The notes: a model not told the origin generated them from the letters alone. Shown: positions 28,081 to 37,824, counted from the first letter of the stretch. The stretch is 64,000 nt of DNA from Thermoplasmatota archaeon (GCA_049472215.1 JBLIRH010000002.1:23815-87814), one strand, 5' to 3'. Program-made: numbers and translations.

Positions 28081-28100
28081 AGGAGGCCGGAAGGCCTCCT
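28081..28100 (-). terminator. Intrinsic-terminator-like hairpin + U tract (minus-strand sense)
   Basis: AGGAGGCC-GGAA-GGCCTCCT, perfect 8-bp stem. The adjacent A-run (28072-28081) reads as a U tract on the minus strand; located between convergent genes. Confidence 0.65.
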
Positions 28101-28120
28101 CATCCTTTATTGCGTTCTCC

Positions 28121-30076
28121 CTACTGGAAGCTTACACCGCAGCTCGGGCAGGATGCAGCATCCTCTTCTATGACCGCACTGCAGTTTGGACATTCCAAAG
28201 CCAGTTCGAACTCCGCACCGCAGTTGCTGCACCTCGAATCGTAGGGTCCGAGGGGGGCGCTGCACTCGGGACAGACGTCGCCGATCTCCTCCTCTGTCCG
28301 CTCCATTTCGTCAATGAGAAGCTCGAGGTCCTGGACCTCCTGCATCTCGGATTCCTCGGGAAGCCCCATGAGGTCCTTTGATGCGGCGGGAAAGGCCGAT
28401 TCCTCGATCTCGTCCATCAGGTCTTCATCGAACTCGTCCTCGAGGTCTTCCTCGTATTCTTCTGCAAGCGACGGAGCCATCTCCGGCACCATAGGTGCTT
28501 CCAGGGGTCCTTCATCGAACTCCTCGGGTGGCTGCGGGGCAAGTTCCTCCGGTATCTCCTCCTCTGCTTCGCCTCCGCGCATGACATAGAACACCACGGC
28601 CCCCACTATCGCGAGGATCACCACGATGATCAGTATTATCATCCAGACCGGAGGTCCGTCGGTCCCCTCGCTCTCGGTGACCTCTATCGTGATCTGTGAC
28701 TGGTCCGTTCCACCTTCACCGTCGGTGACGACCACTGTGAACGTATACGTGCCCGGTTCGAAATCGCCGAGGTCAACGATCACGGTCGATGTGCTGCCCG
28801 TCCATCCGGTGTTCGGGGTGACGGACCACGCATACGCAAGAGTGTCGCTGTCGGCATCGGATGCAGCCACCGTGAATTCAAGGTCCTTGTTCTTTGGTAT
28901 CCTTGTGGCAGAGGGTGAGATGTCATGAATGACAGGATGATGGTTCGTCACACCGGAATCGTACGGGTCAGTATCCTGGTCGTTCGGAATACCGTCACCG
29001 TCAATGTCCCCGTCGTTGTCCGTGAAGAGACCGTCACCGTCGATATCCAGCTCCACAACTTCGCCCATCGTTGGCGGAAGTTGTCCTGAGTAAGCAAGCT
29101 GCGAAGCCAAAATGGTCACCCAATCGGAGCTGGGTTGCCCGGGATCGATCGTACCCGTGATGTACTTGACCATGTCAAGGGTGAACTGTCCGCCGCCGCT
29201 GCCGATCGCCCTTATCACGGGATTCACTATCGTGGCATCCAGAGGGGCCTCGATAACGGCAACTATGGATCCGCCGGAGGATCTATATTTAACGCCATGG
29301 TCGGATGTTTTGAAGTCAGAAGCTCTTGTTCCGGAACCGAACAGCATCGAGCCCCCGTATTCAATATCGAGATCGGCGTTGGTGCCTGTGAGCTCGAAGA
29401 GATAGAACTCGAAATCGGCATCGATCACGAGATATGGATACGGAAACGGAGCGACGGAGTACCTGTTCGATGGACCGACGGTCTCCGTCTGTTCGTCGGA
29501 TACCTGAAGATTGATCGCCTCCGTCCCCATCTTTACGCCGGGGGTCGTCGGGGCGTTGAAATCAAGTGTTATCGTTATCCCTTCGCTGATACCGAGGTTC
29601 TCGTTATGGTCGAGGGCATCATCGATGTTTCCAGCAACATCGTACTGGGCGGAACCTCCGAAGACCCTGCCGGGCAGATCGTCCCTGGCATAGACCTTCG
29701 CAACATCCTCGCTTGTCTTGGAAAAGTCCCATTCATGTGTGAAAAGGGGGTCGAACCACTCAGCTGTGGCATTCAGGACCTCGCCGCCCGGGATGGTGAT
29801 GTAGACCGTGTCAATATCATTATCCTGGTCGTTGTTCGTTACCGTGAAATCGAGGCTGGCCTCCTGACCGGCACCGAATATCAGCAGGTCAGAAGGGAAC
29901 TCGGGAATGGCAAGGTGCCCCTGGTTCCTCTCCATCACCACGGTGAAATCGTCCTGACCGAAATCGTGACCTACCGTGCCGTGGGGCCTGTCAAGATATG
30001 CAACCGCCCCGAAGGCGGCAAAGAACAGCACCGCGGCAATGCCGACGATCAGCTTCTCCCTAAGTTTCCCATCCAT
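28121..30076 (-). CDS. Surface protein: PKD domain, DxDGDG repeats, TM, acidic cytosolic linker and double zinc ribbon
   Basis: DIDGDGLFTDNDGDIDGDGIPNDQDTDPYDSG; PKD-like domain; TM WMIILIIVVILAIVGAVVFYVM; C-term CPECSAPLGPYDSRCSNCGAEFELALECPNCSAVIEEDAASCPSCGVSFQ. Confidence 0.88.
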   Translation of the reverse strand: MDGKLREKLIVGIAAVLFFAAFGAVAYLDRPHGTVGHDFGQDDFTVVMERNQGHLAIPEFPSDLLIFGAGQEASLDFTVTNNDQDNDIDTVYITIPGGEVLNATAEWFDPLFTHEWDFSKTSEDVAKVYARDDLPGRVFGGSAQYDVAGNIDDALDHNENLGISEGITITLDFNAPTTPGVKMGTEAINLQVSDEQTETVGPSNRYSVAPFPYPYLVIDADFEFYLFELTGTNADLDIEYGGSMLFGSGTRASDFKTSDHGVKYRSSGGSIVAVIEAPLDATIVNPVIRAIGSGGGQFTLDMVKYITGTIDPGQPSSDWVTILASQLAYSGQLPPTMGEVVELDIDGDGLFTDNDGDIDGDGIPNDQDTDPYDSGVTNHHPVIHDISPSATRIPKNKDLEFTVAASDADSDTLAYAWSVTPNTGWTGSTSTVIVDLGDFEPGTYTFTVVVTDGEGGTDQSQITIEVTESEGTDGPPVWMIILIIVVILAIVGAVVFYVMRGGEAEEEIPEELAPQPPEEFDEGPLEAPMVPEMAPSLAEEYEEDLEDEFDEDLMDEIEESAFPAASKDLMGLPEESEMQEVQDLELLIDEMERTEEEIGDVCPECSAPLGPYDSRCSNCGAEFELALECPNCSAVIEEDAASCPSCGVSFQ

Positions 30077-30244
30077 CGAAACTTCTCCTTTGCGAGGTCG
30101 TCCTTGTATCTATGTATAGTATACTCTCGGACGACGGCCTATTCACAGGAGGTATAAAAAACCTTTCCATTCCATTATCACCAGGAAGCAATCACTGGAT
30201 AACAACCCTGTGATAGTTCTGTGATATTTCTGGCCCCCGGTATC

Positions 30245-30496
30245 CTAAGCGCCCTGGAGTATGAAATATACCTTCCTGATAACGATGAACGTGAATATGA
30301 ACAGGAAGGTGTAGATGAAGAAGTTCACCCTGTCCTTCAGGGGTTTGGACGTGTAGGCATCCGTCAGCTCCCTGAGAACGAGAATGCCAAGAAGGATGAG
30401 GACGAAGAAGACCTCCAGGGATTCAACGAAAACAAGGCAGATCGAGGTCCATACCGCAAGTGCGAGAACAAGCTTGGATTCAGGCCGCAGGTTCAC
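30245..30496 (-). CDS. Small multi-pass membrane protein
   Basis: GTG start (30496 or 30499) overlapping the upstream stop; LVLALAVWTSICLVFVESLEVFFVLILLGILVL and VNFFIYTFLFIFTFIVI hydrophobic segments. Confidence 0.6.
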   Translation of the reverse strand: MNLRPESKLVLALAVWTSICLVFVESLEVFFVLILLGILVLRELTDAYTSKPLKDRVNFFIYTFLFIFTFIVIRKVYFILQGA

Positions 30497-31284
30497 CACC
30501 TCTCCAGTTTGTAGGTCACTTTGCCGTCTTTGTGTTCGACCGATGCGATCCGCAAAGGACTCCTTGAGATCCTCGCCGAGGCCGAAAGCACGGCCGAGCA
30601 GCCCGGACAACCCACGGTCGCATGAAGCCTTTCGTCCTCCTTCCACGCTTCCTCGCATACTTCCCTGAACCGTGAATGGGTTATCTCGATGAAGATGTCG
30701 ACACCCTTGGTCCTTGCCGAGATCGACCCGATGAGACCCGTCCCCTTCGACAGCCTTTCGAGGGTCTCGTTCAGATCTGACAGGTTCTCTTCCGAGAACC
30801 TCTTTCCGGAATCCTTCTCGATCCGGTCGACCATTCCGGAGCCAGGCGGGATCATTGAAACTCCCATGGACGATCCCGTGGTCCCGACGATGAGGACCTG
30901 TTCCGAGACCAGTTTTGGAAGGGGAAGGGGGCGCTCCTCGGCAGGTATGTAGACCCTCTCCTGCTTGAGCCTCCCCCCGACCGGTATGTAGATGCCGTTG
31001 CCTTTCAGCTCGAGCGACCCTAGCAGCCTCCCCATGTTCCTGTCCTGATCTAAAAGCAGAGGGTCGACCATTTCCTTGGGAACTGTCCTGAACGAGAACA
31101 GAAAGAGCATCAGGATCCCGATCAGGAAAGTACCGAACCCAGCCCTTAGAACGAATTCGGCCGCCTTGTCAGCGATGCCAATGTCGGCGAAGGGAACGAT
31201 CTTACCGGATATCAGGACCATGGCGAGGCCCGACAAGGCTAGCGCGATGCCGCCCAACCTCAGCAGGACCTCTTTCTTGTCCAT
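30493..31284 (-). CDS. Conserved archaeal-type membrane protein (2 N-terminal TMs)
   Basis: TM LGGIALALSGLAMVLISG and FLIGILMLFLFS; soluble GNGIYIPVGGRLKQERVYIPAEERPLPLP...SMIPPGSGMVDRIEKDSGKRF. Confidence 0.65.
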   Translation of the reverse strand: MDKKEVLLRLGGIALALSGLAMVLISGKIVPFADIGIADKAAEFVLRAGFGTFLIGILMLFLFSFRTVPKEMVDPLLLDQDRNMGRLLGSLELKGNGIYIPVGGRLKQERVYIPAEERPLPLPKLVSEQVLIVGTTGSSMGVSMIPPGSGMVDRIEKDSGKRFSEENLSDLNETLERLSKGTGLIGSISARTKGVDIFIEITHSRFREVCEEAWKEDERLHATVGCPGCSAVLSASARISRSPLRIASVEHKDGKVTYKLERW

Positions 31285-31415
31285 CGACCCAACTATGCCC
31301 TTGCTGTAGATAAACGTGTCGAAACCTTTATGTCAGGAGATAATCTCACCTTTCAATTAGAAAGCCAGCTTCCCGGGTAGTTGACGGGATACGTGCTGGT
31401 GGGTCTGGTGCCGGA

Positions 31416-32531
31416 ATGATAGAACAGGTCAGGACCGCATACAGGTACCTACTGGTGATGGGTGCAGGACTGGTCCTCCTGATGTTCTCCGTAATGGTAC
31501 CTGTTCTTTCCTCGGATGCCGATTTCTCGATCTACAACACCGGCTGGAACGGTTGCTCCGAGATCGGAAGGGACACCTATTCCACCGGGTCCTTCATACC
31601 GACCATAGACCTGTCAGCCTCCTCTAGTGAGAGGGTCGTCCACAACTCATTTTCGGAACTCGAGGGAGGCCTGAGACCTTCACGTTCGGCACTGCTGATA
31701 ATCGGTCCCGACGGATCTTTCTCGAAGGAGGAAGGGAAGTTCGCCGATTCGTTCCTCAACGACGGGGGCTTGATCCTCCTGGCGGATGATATCGGAACCG
31801 GGAACGAGCTGCTCTCCTACCTCAACACCTCCACAAGGATATCCGAGAGGACCCTTCTCGATCTGTCATTCATGAAGAGCAGCAAGTTCTCCGTGACAAC
31901 GGAGTTCTCCGACCACGATATCACGAGGAACCTGACCATGCTCCTGATGAACCTGCCCTCAACGGTAATACCATCCGAGAGGGCATTCCCGGTCGTGAAT
32001 TCTTCCAGGACATCATGGCTGAGCCTTGACGGGGACGGTATCTGGGACGAAGGGGAGCCACTGGGACCTTTTCCATTGTTGACGATCGAGAGGTACGGAA
32101 GGGGGACGCTTATCGTTCTCTCGGAGCCAAGCCTTCTCATCAATCAGATGCGCGGCGAAATGGACAACGGGATCTTCGTCGGCAACCTCATCGAATTCAT
32201 CTCACGGGACAGGGAGAACATCATTGTGGACGAATCCCACAGGGACCTCACGAACCCGGTCCAGTTCACGAACTCGTTCGTGGCGGGTATGGACCCGTAC
32301 CAGAAAGTCGGGGTCCTGGTAGCGATCTCAGTGATCTTCATGATCCTGAACACATCCTATCCGAGAACGGTCCTCGGATCGCTTCGAAGGCTCATCGACA
32401 GGCTTCTATCGGAGAAGAGGGTTGTGCCTGGTGAACAAAGGCCTCCCATTGAGGCTGTCATGGAAGCACATCCGGACTGGGACCGAAGGGTGCTGGAGAG
32501 ATTGATCAAGGACATCGAGGGAGCTACATGA
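31416..32531 (+). CDS. DUF4350-like membrane protein
   Basis: N-terminal TM; SALLIIGPDGSFSKEEGKFADSFLNDGGLILLADD...GTLIVLSEPSLLINQM...GNLIEFIS; overlaps MoxR start by 4 nt. Confidence 0.65.
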   Translation: MIEQVRTAYRYLLVMGAGLVLLMFSVMVPVLSSDADFSIYNTGWNGCSEIGRDTYSTGSFIPTIDLSASSSERVVHNSFSELEGGLRPSRSALLIIGPDGSFSKEEGKFADSFLNDGGLILLADDIGTGNELLSYLNTSTRISERTLLDLSFMKSSKFSVTTEFSDHDITRNLTMLLMNLPSTVIPSERAFPVVNSSRTSWLSLDGDGIWDEGEPLGPFPLLTIERYGRGTLIVLSEPSLLINQMRGEMDNGIFVGNLIEFISRDRENIIVDESHRDLTNPVQFTNSFVAGMDPYQKVGVLVAISVIFMILNTSYPRTVLGSLRRLIDRLLSEKRVVPGEQRPPIEAVMEAHPDWDRRVLERLIKDIEGAT

Positions 32532-33475
32532 GCACGGCTTCGCAGGAACTATACACAAAGGTCAGAGATGAGACATCAAAGGTCATCATCGGTTATGAGG
32601 ACATAATCGAGGACTTCCTGATCTGTCTATCGGCAGGGGGGCATATTCTACTGGAGGGTGTCCCGGGGATCTCCAAGACGACGCTTGCGAAGACCCTTTC
32701 CGACGTGGTCGGCCTCTCCTTCAAGAGGATACAGTTCACCCAGGACCTCCTTCCCGCGGACATTACCGGCCATTATTTCTACAACCAGAAGGAGCAGGAG
32801 TTCCAGTTCAGGAAGGGCCCCATATTCGCCAATGTCATCCTGGCGGACGAGATCAACAGGGCCCCGACCAAGACGCAGTCCGCACTCCTGGAAGCTATGG
32901 AGGAGAAGCAGGTTACGGTTGAAGGTACAACCTTCAAGCTCCAGGAGCCTTTTCTCGTGATGGCGACCATAAACCCGGTCGAACATGAGGGGGTCTACAC
33001 GCTGCCCGAGGCCCAGCTCGATCGTTTCATGATGAAGGGAATCATGGATTACCTACCGATGGAAAAAGAGCTGAAGCTCCTCGAGTTGAAGAACAAGGAA
33101 TGGAGGAGGCAGAACCACAGGCCCCTGAACGAGGATGTATTCAACATCCTTATCAGCGAGGTCCATTCCTGCAGAGCAGACGCGACGATCCTGGCCTATA
33201 TAAGGGATATTGTGAGGGAGACAAGGCTGGACGAACAGATCATACTCGGAGCCAGTCCGAGGGCGGGGGAGCAGATCCTATACGCTTCAAAGGCTGCCTC
33301 CGTCCTTTCCGGAAGGAACTACGTGATCCCCGACGATGTGAAGAAAGTTGTCAGAAAGATGATCCCGCACAGATTGACACTTTCCCTCGACAGCGAGCTC
33401 GAGGGTATATCGTCGGCCAAGGTCACGGAGGATATTCTTTCAAGGGTCGAGGTCGTGAAGCCCCAGGGGGCCTGA
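32528..33475 (+). CDS. MoxR-family AAA+ ATPase
   Basis: GGHILLEGVPGISKTTLAKTLSDVVGLSFKRIQFTQDLLPADITG; NVILADEINRAPTKTQSALLEAMEEKQVTVEG. Confidence 0.95.
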   Translation: MSTASQELYTKVRDETSKVIIGYEDIIEDFLICLSAGGHILLEGVPGISKTTLAKTLSDVVGLSFKRIQFTQDLLPADITGHYFYNQKEQEFQFRKGPIFANVILADEINRAPTKTQSALLEAMEEKQVTVEGTTFKLQEPFLVMATINPVEHEGVYTLPEAQLDRFMMKGIMDYLPMEKELKLLELKNKEWRRQNHRPLNEDVFNILISEVHSCRADATILAYIRDIVRETRLDEQIILGASPRAGEQILYASKAASVLSGRNYVIPDDVKKVVRKMIPHRLTLSLDSELEGISSAKVTEDILSRVEVVKPQGA

Positions 33476-33491
33476 AAGAAGGTGATGTGAG

Positions 33492-34841
33492 ATGGGTTCT
33501 CCGTTCCTTGCTTATGATATCAGGGGAAAGGTGGGGGAAGATATCACCGAGGAGATGGTCTACTCCATCGGCCTTGCCTACTGCGAGCTCTTCGGAACCA
33601 GGAAGGTGGTGTTGGGGAGGGACATCCGGCCCTCCTCTACCAAGCTGTCCGAGGTTCTCTCCGAAGGGCTTTCCGATGGCGGAGCGGATGTTCTCGATAT
33701 CGGCCTCTGCGGGACCGAGGTGGTGTATTTTGCCACCCCGCACCTTGATGCCGACGGCGGAATAATGATCACGGCATCCCACAATCCCAGAGGATACAAC
33801 GGGATGAAGATGGTGAAGAGGGGATCGGTCCCGATATCAAAGGACAACGGGCTCCATACCATCAAGGACATGGTAGAGAAAGGAGGACTCGGCAAGAGCG
33901 GTTCCCAAGGCTCCGTCAGAGAGGTCGACATATGGGAGCCGTATACCGGGAAGGTGCTGTCGTTCCTGAAGGACAAGGGGTCCCTGGAGGGCTTCAAGGT
34001 CGTGACCGACCCGGGCCATGGATGTGCCGGCCCCGCCCTCGACCTCGTTGCAGAGGAGACGGGATTGGTCCTCGACAGGCTGCATCACGAGCCGAACGGG
34101 ACCTTTCCGGCAGGGGTTCCGAACCCGATCCTGCCCGAGATGAGGGGGCCGATCTCGGAAAGGGTCGGAAGCACGGATGCGGGGCTGGGAGTGGCCTGGG
34201 ACGGCGATTACGACAGGTGCTTTCTTTTCGACGAGAACGGCGGTTTCACCGAGGGGTATTACATCGTCGGCCTGCTTGCCCGGAAGATGCTCGAGAGGGA
34301 GAAGGGAGGCAGGATCATTCACGATCCGAGGTTGACCTGGAACACCATCGAGATAGTCAACGAGATGGGGGGGGTTCCGGTCATGAACAAGACCGGACAT
34401 GCTTTTATTAAGGACCGGATGAGGCTGGAGGACGCCGTGTACGGCGGCGAGATGTCCGCTCATCATTATTTCAGGGATTTCTACTACTGCGATACCGGAA
34501 TGATCCCCTGGTTGATCGTTCTGGAGCATATGATCGAGACCGGAAAGGAACTTTCCGAGCTTATCGGGGAGAGGATGAGGAGGTATCCCGTAAGCGGTGA
34601 GATCAACAGGAAGGTGTCCGATCAGAAGGCCGTCATTTCGACCATCGAGGAGAAATACTCGCCGGATGCAGCGAACGTCGACCATACCGACGGCGTATCG
34701 GTGGAATACGAACATTACAGGTTCAATCTCAGGTCCTCGAACACGGAGCCCCTGATCAGACTGAATGTCGAAACAAGAGGGGATAAAAAGCTTCTTGACG
34801 AGAAGACGCGGGAGCTTCTCGACCTTATCGACAGTATGTGA
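33492..34841 (+). CDS. Phosphomannomutase/phosphoglucomutase
   Basis: AYDIRGKVGEDITEEMVYSIG; MITASHNPRGYNGMK; AWDGDYDRCFLFDENG; RSSNTEPLIRLNVE. Confidence 0.93.
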   Translation: MGSPFLAYDIRGKVGEDITEEMVYSIGLAYCELFGTRKVVLGRDIRPSSTKLSEVLSEGLSDGGADVLDIGLCGTEVVYFATPHLDADGGIMITASHNPRGYNGMKMVKRGSVPISKDNGLHTIKDMVEKGGLGKSGSQGSVREVDIWEPYTGKVLSFLKDKGSLEGFKVVTDPGHGCAGPALDLVAEETGLVLDRLHHEPNGTFPAGVPNPILPEMRGPISERVGSTDAGLGVAWDGDYDRCFLFDENGGFTEGYYIVGLLARKMLEREKGGRIIHDPRLTWNTIEIVNEMGGVPVMNKTGHAFIKDRMRLEDAVYGGEMSAHHYFRDFYYCDTGMIPWLIVLEHMIETGKELSELIGERMRRYPVSGEINRKVSDQKAVISTIEEKYSPDAANVDHTDGVSVEYEHYRFNLRSSNTEPLIRLNVETRGDKKLLDEKTRELLDLIDSM

Positions 34842-35671
34842 AGAGGGTTCGAATGGAGAAGTTCAGGCTACTTGTTGATGAAACGGCGACCCCCTCCGAG
34901 AACATGGCAAGGGACGAGGCACTACTTAGAAGGGTGATAGCGAAGGAGTCCATGCCATGCATCCGTTTTTATCAATGGAGGCCTGCCGGACTTTCACTTG
35001 GGAGGTTCCAGAGCATCGAGAAGGGGGTCGATCTCGAGGCTTGTAATAGGTACGGGGTGGAGGTCGTGAGGAGATTGACAGGGGGGGAGGCGGTCCTGCA
35101 TGACGACGAGATCACCTATTCCATTATCGTTCCGGTGACGCATCCGAAGTTCGACGGCAAGGGGGTGGTGGACACCTACAGGACGATATCAAGGGCGCTG
35201 GTGAAGGGACTTCAGCTGACCGGGGTCGAATCCACCATGGCAGGGAGTGCCCCGACCCGTCCCGATCCTGCGGGGCAGGGGGTCTGCTTCTATACACCGA
35301 CGGTCTACGAGATAGTGGCCAAGGGGAAGAAGATCATAGGTTCCGCACAAACGAGGGAGAAACTTATCATCCTACAGCACGGATCGATCCCCATCGATTG
35401 GGATATCGACAAGCAGCTCGATGTGATGGGGATCCCCTCCGGGAACCGGGAGGTCTTCAGGGATCTCTTTACGACGAGGGCAACAACAATATCGGAACAG
35501 CTGGGGGGACGGCCGGGGTTCTATGACCTGGTCAAGAACTTCTCGAAGGGGTTCGAGGAGGTCTTCGATATGGAGCTGGAGCCGTCGGATTATTCCATGC
35601 AGGAGAGGAAGATGGCGGATTGGCTGGTGGAGAAGAAATACGCCAACGATGAATGGAACCTAAAGTTGTAG
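34838..35671 (+). CDS. lplA: Lipoate-protein ligase A
   Basis: LLVDETATPSENMARDEALLR; FYQWRPAGLSLGRFQ; EVVRRLTGGEAVLHDDEITYSII; GSAQTREK..ILQHGSIPI. Start GTG 34838 or ATG 34853. Confidence 0.85.
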   Translation: MKRVRMEKFRLLVDETATPSENMARDEALLRRVIAKESMPCIRFYQWRPAGLSLGRFQSIEKGVDLEACNRYGVEVVRRLTGGEAVLHDDEITYSIIVPVTHPKFDGKGVVDTYRTISRALVKGLQLTGVESTMAGSAPTRPDPAGQGVCFYTPTVYEIVAKGKKIIGSAQTREKLIILQHGSIPIDWDIDKQLDVMGIPSGNREVFRDLFTTRATTISEQLGGRPGFYDLVKNFSKGFEEVFDMELEPSDYSMQERKMADWLVEKKYANDEWNLKL

Positions 35672-36247
35672 CCCCTCGTCAATTTCCTGGAAGGTTTCAC
35701 CATCCAAACAACGTAACGAGAGCAACTCGGGTTCTGATGCAATAGCAATTCCCTTGTATCCTTTCTTCCTCCTTTTTCTGATAACAAGGAAAATGATCAG
35801 GATAATTACTGCAGAATGGAAGATAATGAATATCCAGAATGCGTCCTTTTCCCCATATTGTGTTAATTTGATCTTGTAATCCAGTCGGTCCAACGGGAAG
35901 AACTCGTTATCATTGACGACAACGATATAGCTCCTCCCCTTTGGGAGGTCCACATAGGTTTTAATGGATGATATATCATTGAAGCTCTTCTCGGGTTTGA
36001 AAAGGGCCCTATTAATGAAATTATAATATTCATCCTCTTTGAAGATGTAAATATCCATATTCTCATTCGAATCTATTCTGATGTATATCCTGTTGAATAT
36101 CCACGTCTTGAACGAATATTCCTTGTATGTCCCGATCCGAGACTCCTCATCCAGTACCTTTCTTGCGGAAATGGGGTGAGGGAGGAAAATGATGATCAAC
36201 AAAAGGACCAATGTTACTATAGCAAAGATCTTCCTTTGCATCCTCAT
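35660..36247 (-). CDS. Secreted/membrane hypothetical protein
   Basis: N-terminal signal FAIVTLVLLLIIIFLPHPISA; C-terminal TM AFWIFIIFHSAVIILIIFLVI; noticeably A+T-rich. Confidence 0.7.
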   Translation of the reverse strand: MRMQRKIFAIVTLVLLLIIIFLPHPISARKVLDEESRIGTYKEYSFKTWIFNRIYIRIDSNENMDIYIFKEDEYYNFINRALFKPEKSFNDISSIKTYVDLPKGRSYIVVVNDNEFFPLDRLDYKIKLTQYGEKDAFWIFIIFHSAVIILIIFLVIRKRRKKGYKGIAIASEPELLSLRCLDGETFQEIDEGLQL

Positions 36248-36331
36248 CAGATGATATTTCCATTCCCGATAATAAATACCTTATTCGTTCATGAAAGAAA
36301 GAAAATGGAAGATGGGGACAAAATATCTCGA

Positions 36332-36562
36332 TCATCCTTTCCTTATCAGGAGGACATCCCTGGCCAGCTTTTCAGGATGGTCCTCGACCTTCGATAGATA
36401 TTTTTCGATGTGCTTTTCATCTTCTATCTGAAAGTCGAAGGACGATCTGCATTTGCCGCAGGTGAATATTATCTTCAGCATGTCCTGCCCAATATCGTGG
36501 TTCATCTCTTTTATTTCCATTAGCTCGTTGTAACTGCAGATCGGACAGGGGCCGGTAAGCAT
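36332..36562 (-). CDS. Zinc-ribbon protein (weakly ZPR1-like)
   Basis: LTGPCPICSYNELMEIKEMNHDIGQDMLKIIFTCGKCRSSFDF; ORF could extend to 36640. Confidence 0.55.
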   Translation of the reverse strand: MLTGPCPICSYNELMEIKEMNHDIGQDMLKIIFTCGKCRSSFDFQIEDEKHIEKYLSKVEDHPEKLARDVLLIRKG

Positions 36563-36696
36563 CTTCAAGATATCACCTTTCAAATTCCAAATGGATATTG
36601 GATAATAAGGATTTCCGCTAAAATTTTGATCACGGACCAAGAATGTTCTCTGTCTTGCTAGGGTGGAGGTCGGTCATCCATCATCATTCCAGGAGG

Positions 36697-37383
36697 TCAT
36701 TTCGCCTCGACGTCTATCACAACATCTTCCGACCTCACCTTGTCGTAGAACTCCTTCAGATTGTCGCTTATGTGAAACTTCTTATCCATCTTGCTGTAGA
36801 TAACGTCTATCAGCAGGACCAGTGCTCCCTTTATCAGAAGATAGATGGCAGTGGACAGGGCGAGCATCACGCCTCCGATGATGAAGATGATGATGTAGGC
36901 CGCAAGATGAAAACCCGTGAACCCCGTGAAGTAGATCGATATGGAATCGGTCGTGACGACTGCGAGGATTATGAGCCCGACCACGATATCTATCTTGATG
37001 AGTCCTTCCCGGACCGGTTTGATGATGCTCTCCACCGCATCGTCCTTGAGAGCCTTTATCGGATGATAGACGATCTCCAGGACCCCCCAGAACTCCCTGA
37101 TCTCCATCCCGGTGAAGACTGCTATCCCGACGTAGATGAATCCGAAACACAGGTGGACGAGGTTCGGAACATCTATATTCCAGGGGTCGAAGAGGTCCCA
37201 TAGCAATATCGGTATGTGGATCAGGAGTGAAAGCAGCAGCAGGGGAACCCCCAGGATCAGGATCATCAGGAAAGCCGAGTGCCTCTTGGCTTTCTCTATC
37301 GGGTATCTGTCCCTGAACCTCTCGAGCATCCGGAGTATCCAGGAGAGTGATCTCACGAACGCTCCCTTTCTCCGTTTCCCCAT
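36697..37383 (-). CDS. Multi-pass membrane protein
   Basis: Several hydrophobic segments (AFLMILILGVPLLLLSLLIHIPILLW; IKIDIVVGLIILAVVTTDSISIYF; LAAYIIIFIIGGVMLALSTAIYLLI). Confidence 0.7.
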   Translation of the reverse strand: MGKRRKGAFVRSLSWILRMLERFRDRYPIEKAKRHSAFLMILILGVPLLLLSLLIHIPILLWDLFDPWNIDVPNLVHLCFGFIYVGIAVFTGMEIREFWGVLEIVYHPIKALKDDAVESIIKPVREGLIKIDIVVGLIILAVVTTDSISIYFTGFTGFHLAAYIIIFIIGGVMLALSTAIYLLIKGALVLLIDVIYSKMDKKFHISDNLKEFYDKVRSEDVVIDVEAK

Positions 37384-37422
37384 GCCCTTTCAATTCAGGG
37401 TGGATATTTCTAACTTTTTCTT

Positions 37423-37824
37423 CTACAGCCTCCCTCGCCCGGAACGTATCCTTTCCGTTCTTCCCTTATCCCTGGGTTTCGCCTCCCACCCCAGTTCCGA
37501 AAGGAGCAAAAGCTTCCCGTCCGGAAGAGGATAGACAGATGACACCACGGACATGGTCCCCCTGGCCGAGGGTATCAGGCTGGTCCGCAGGTTCTGGGGG
37601 GCCCCCGTATCAACAGCTATCTTCAAAGCATCGGGTAGTCCCATCACCTTTGCCATTGGGATTGCTTCTTCGAGCTTCAATTCGGAGATAGGGGTATCGT
37701 TCAATGGAGGGAGGTCATGGGAAGCCGCCTCGTTCATCCAGAGAACGGACATGGACACAGGATCGATGAGGGCCGCCTTGACCTTAACCGGGCCGTTCTT
37801 ACCATCAATTTTTCTGTCCACCAT
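37423..37824 (-). CDS. Hypothetical protein, PAS-like flavour
   Basis: VKAALIDPVSMSVLWMNEAASHDLP...GTMSVVSSVYPLPDGKLLLLSELGW. Confidence 0.5.
   Translation of the reverse strand: MVDRKIDGKNGPVKVKAALIDPVSMSVLWMNEAASHDLPPLNDTPISELKLEEAIPMAKVMGLPDALKIAVDTGAPQNLRTSLIPSARGTMSVVSSVYPLPDGKLLLLSELGWEAKPRDKGRTERIRSGRGRL

Noticed and set aside
29740-29765. tRNA T-arm-like GGTCGAACCACT
   Set aside because: Lies inside a well-supported CDS with no acceptor/anticodon partner; no cloverleaf can be drawn.
29135-30157. 340-aa plus-strand ORF
   Set aside because: Antisense to the PKD/zinc-ribbon surface protein; no signal or motif.
33837-34715. 292-aa minus-strand ORF
   Set aside because: Antisense to phosphomannomutase/phosphoglucomutase.
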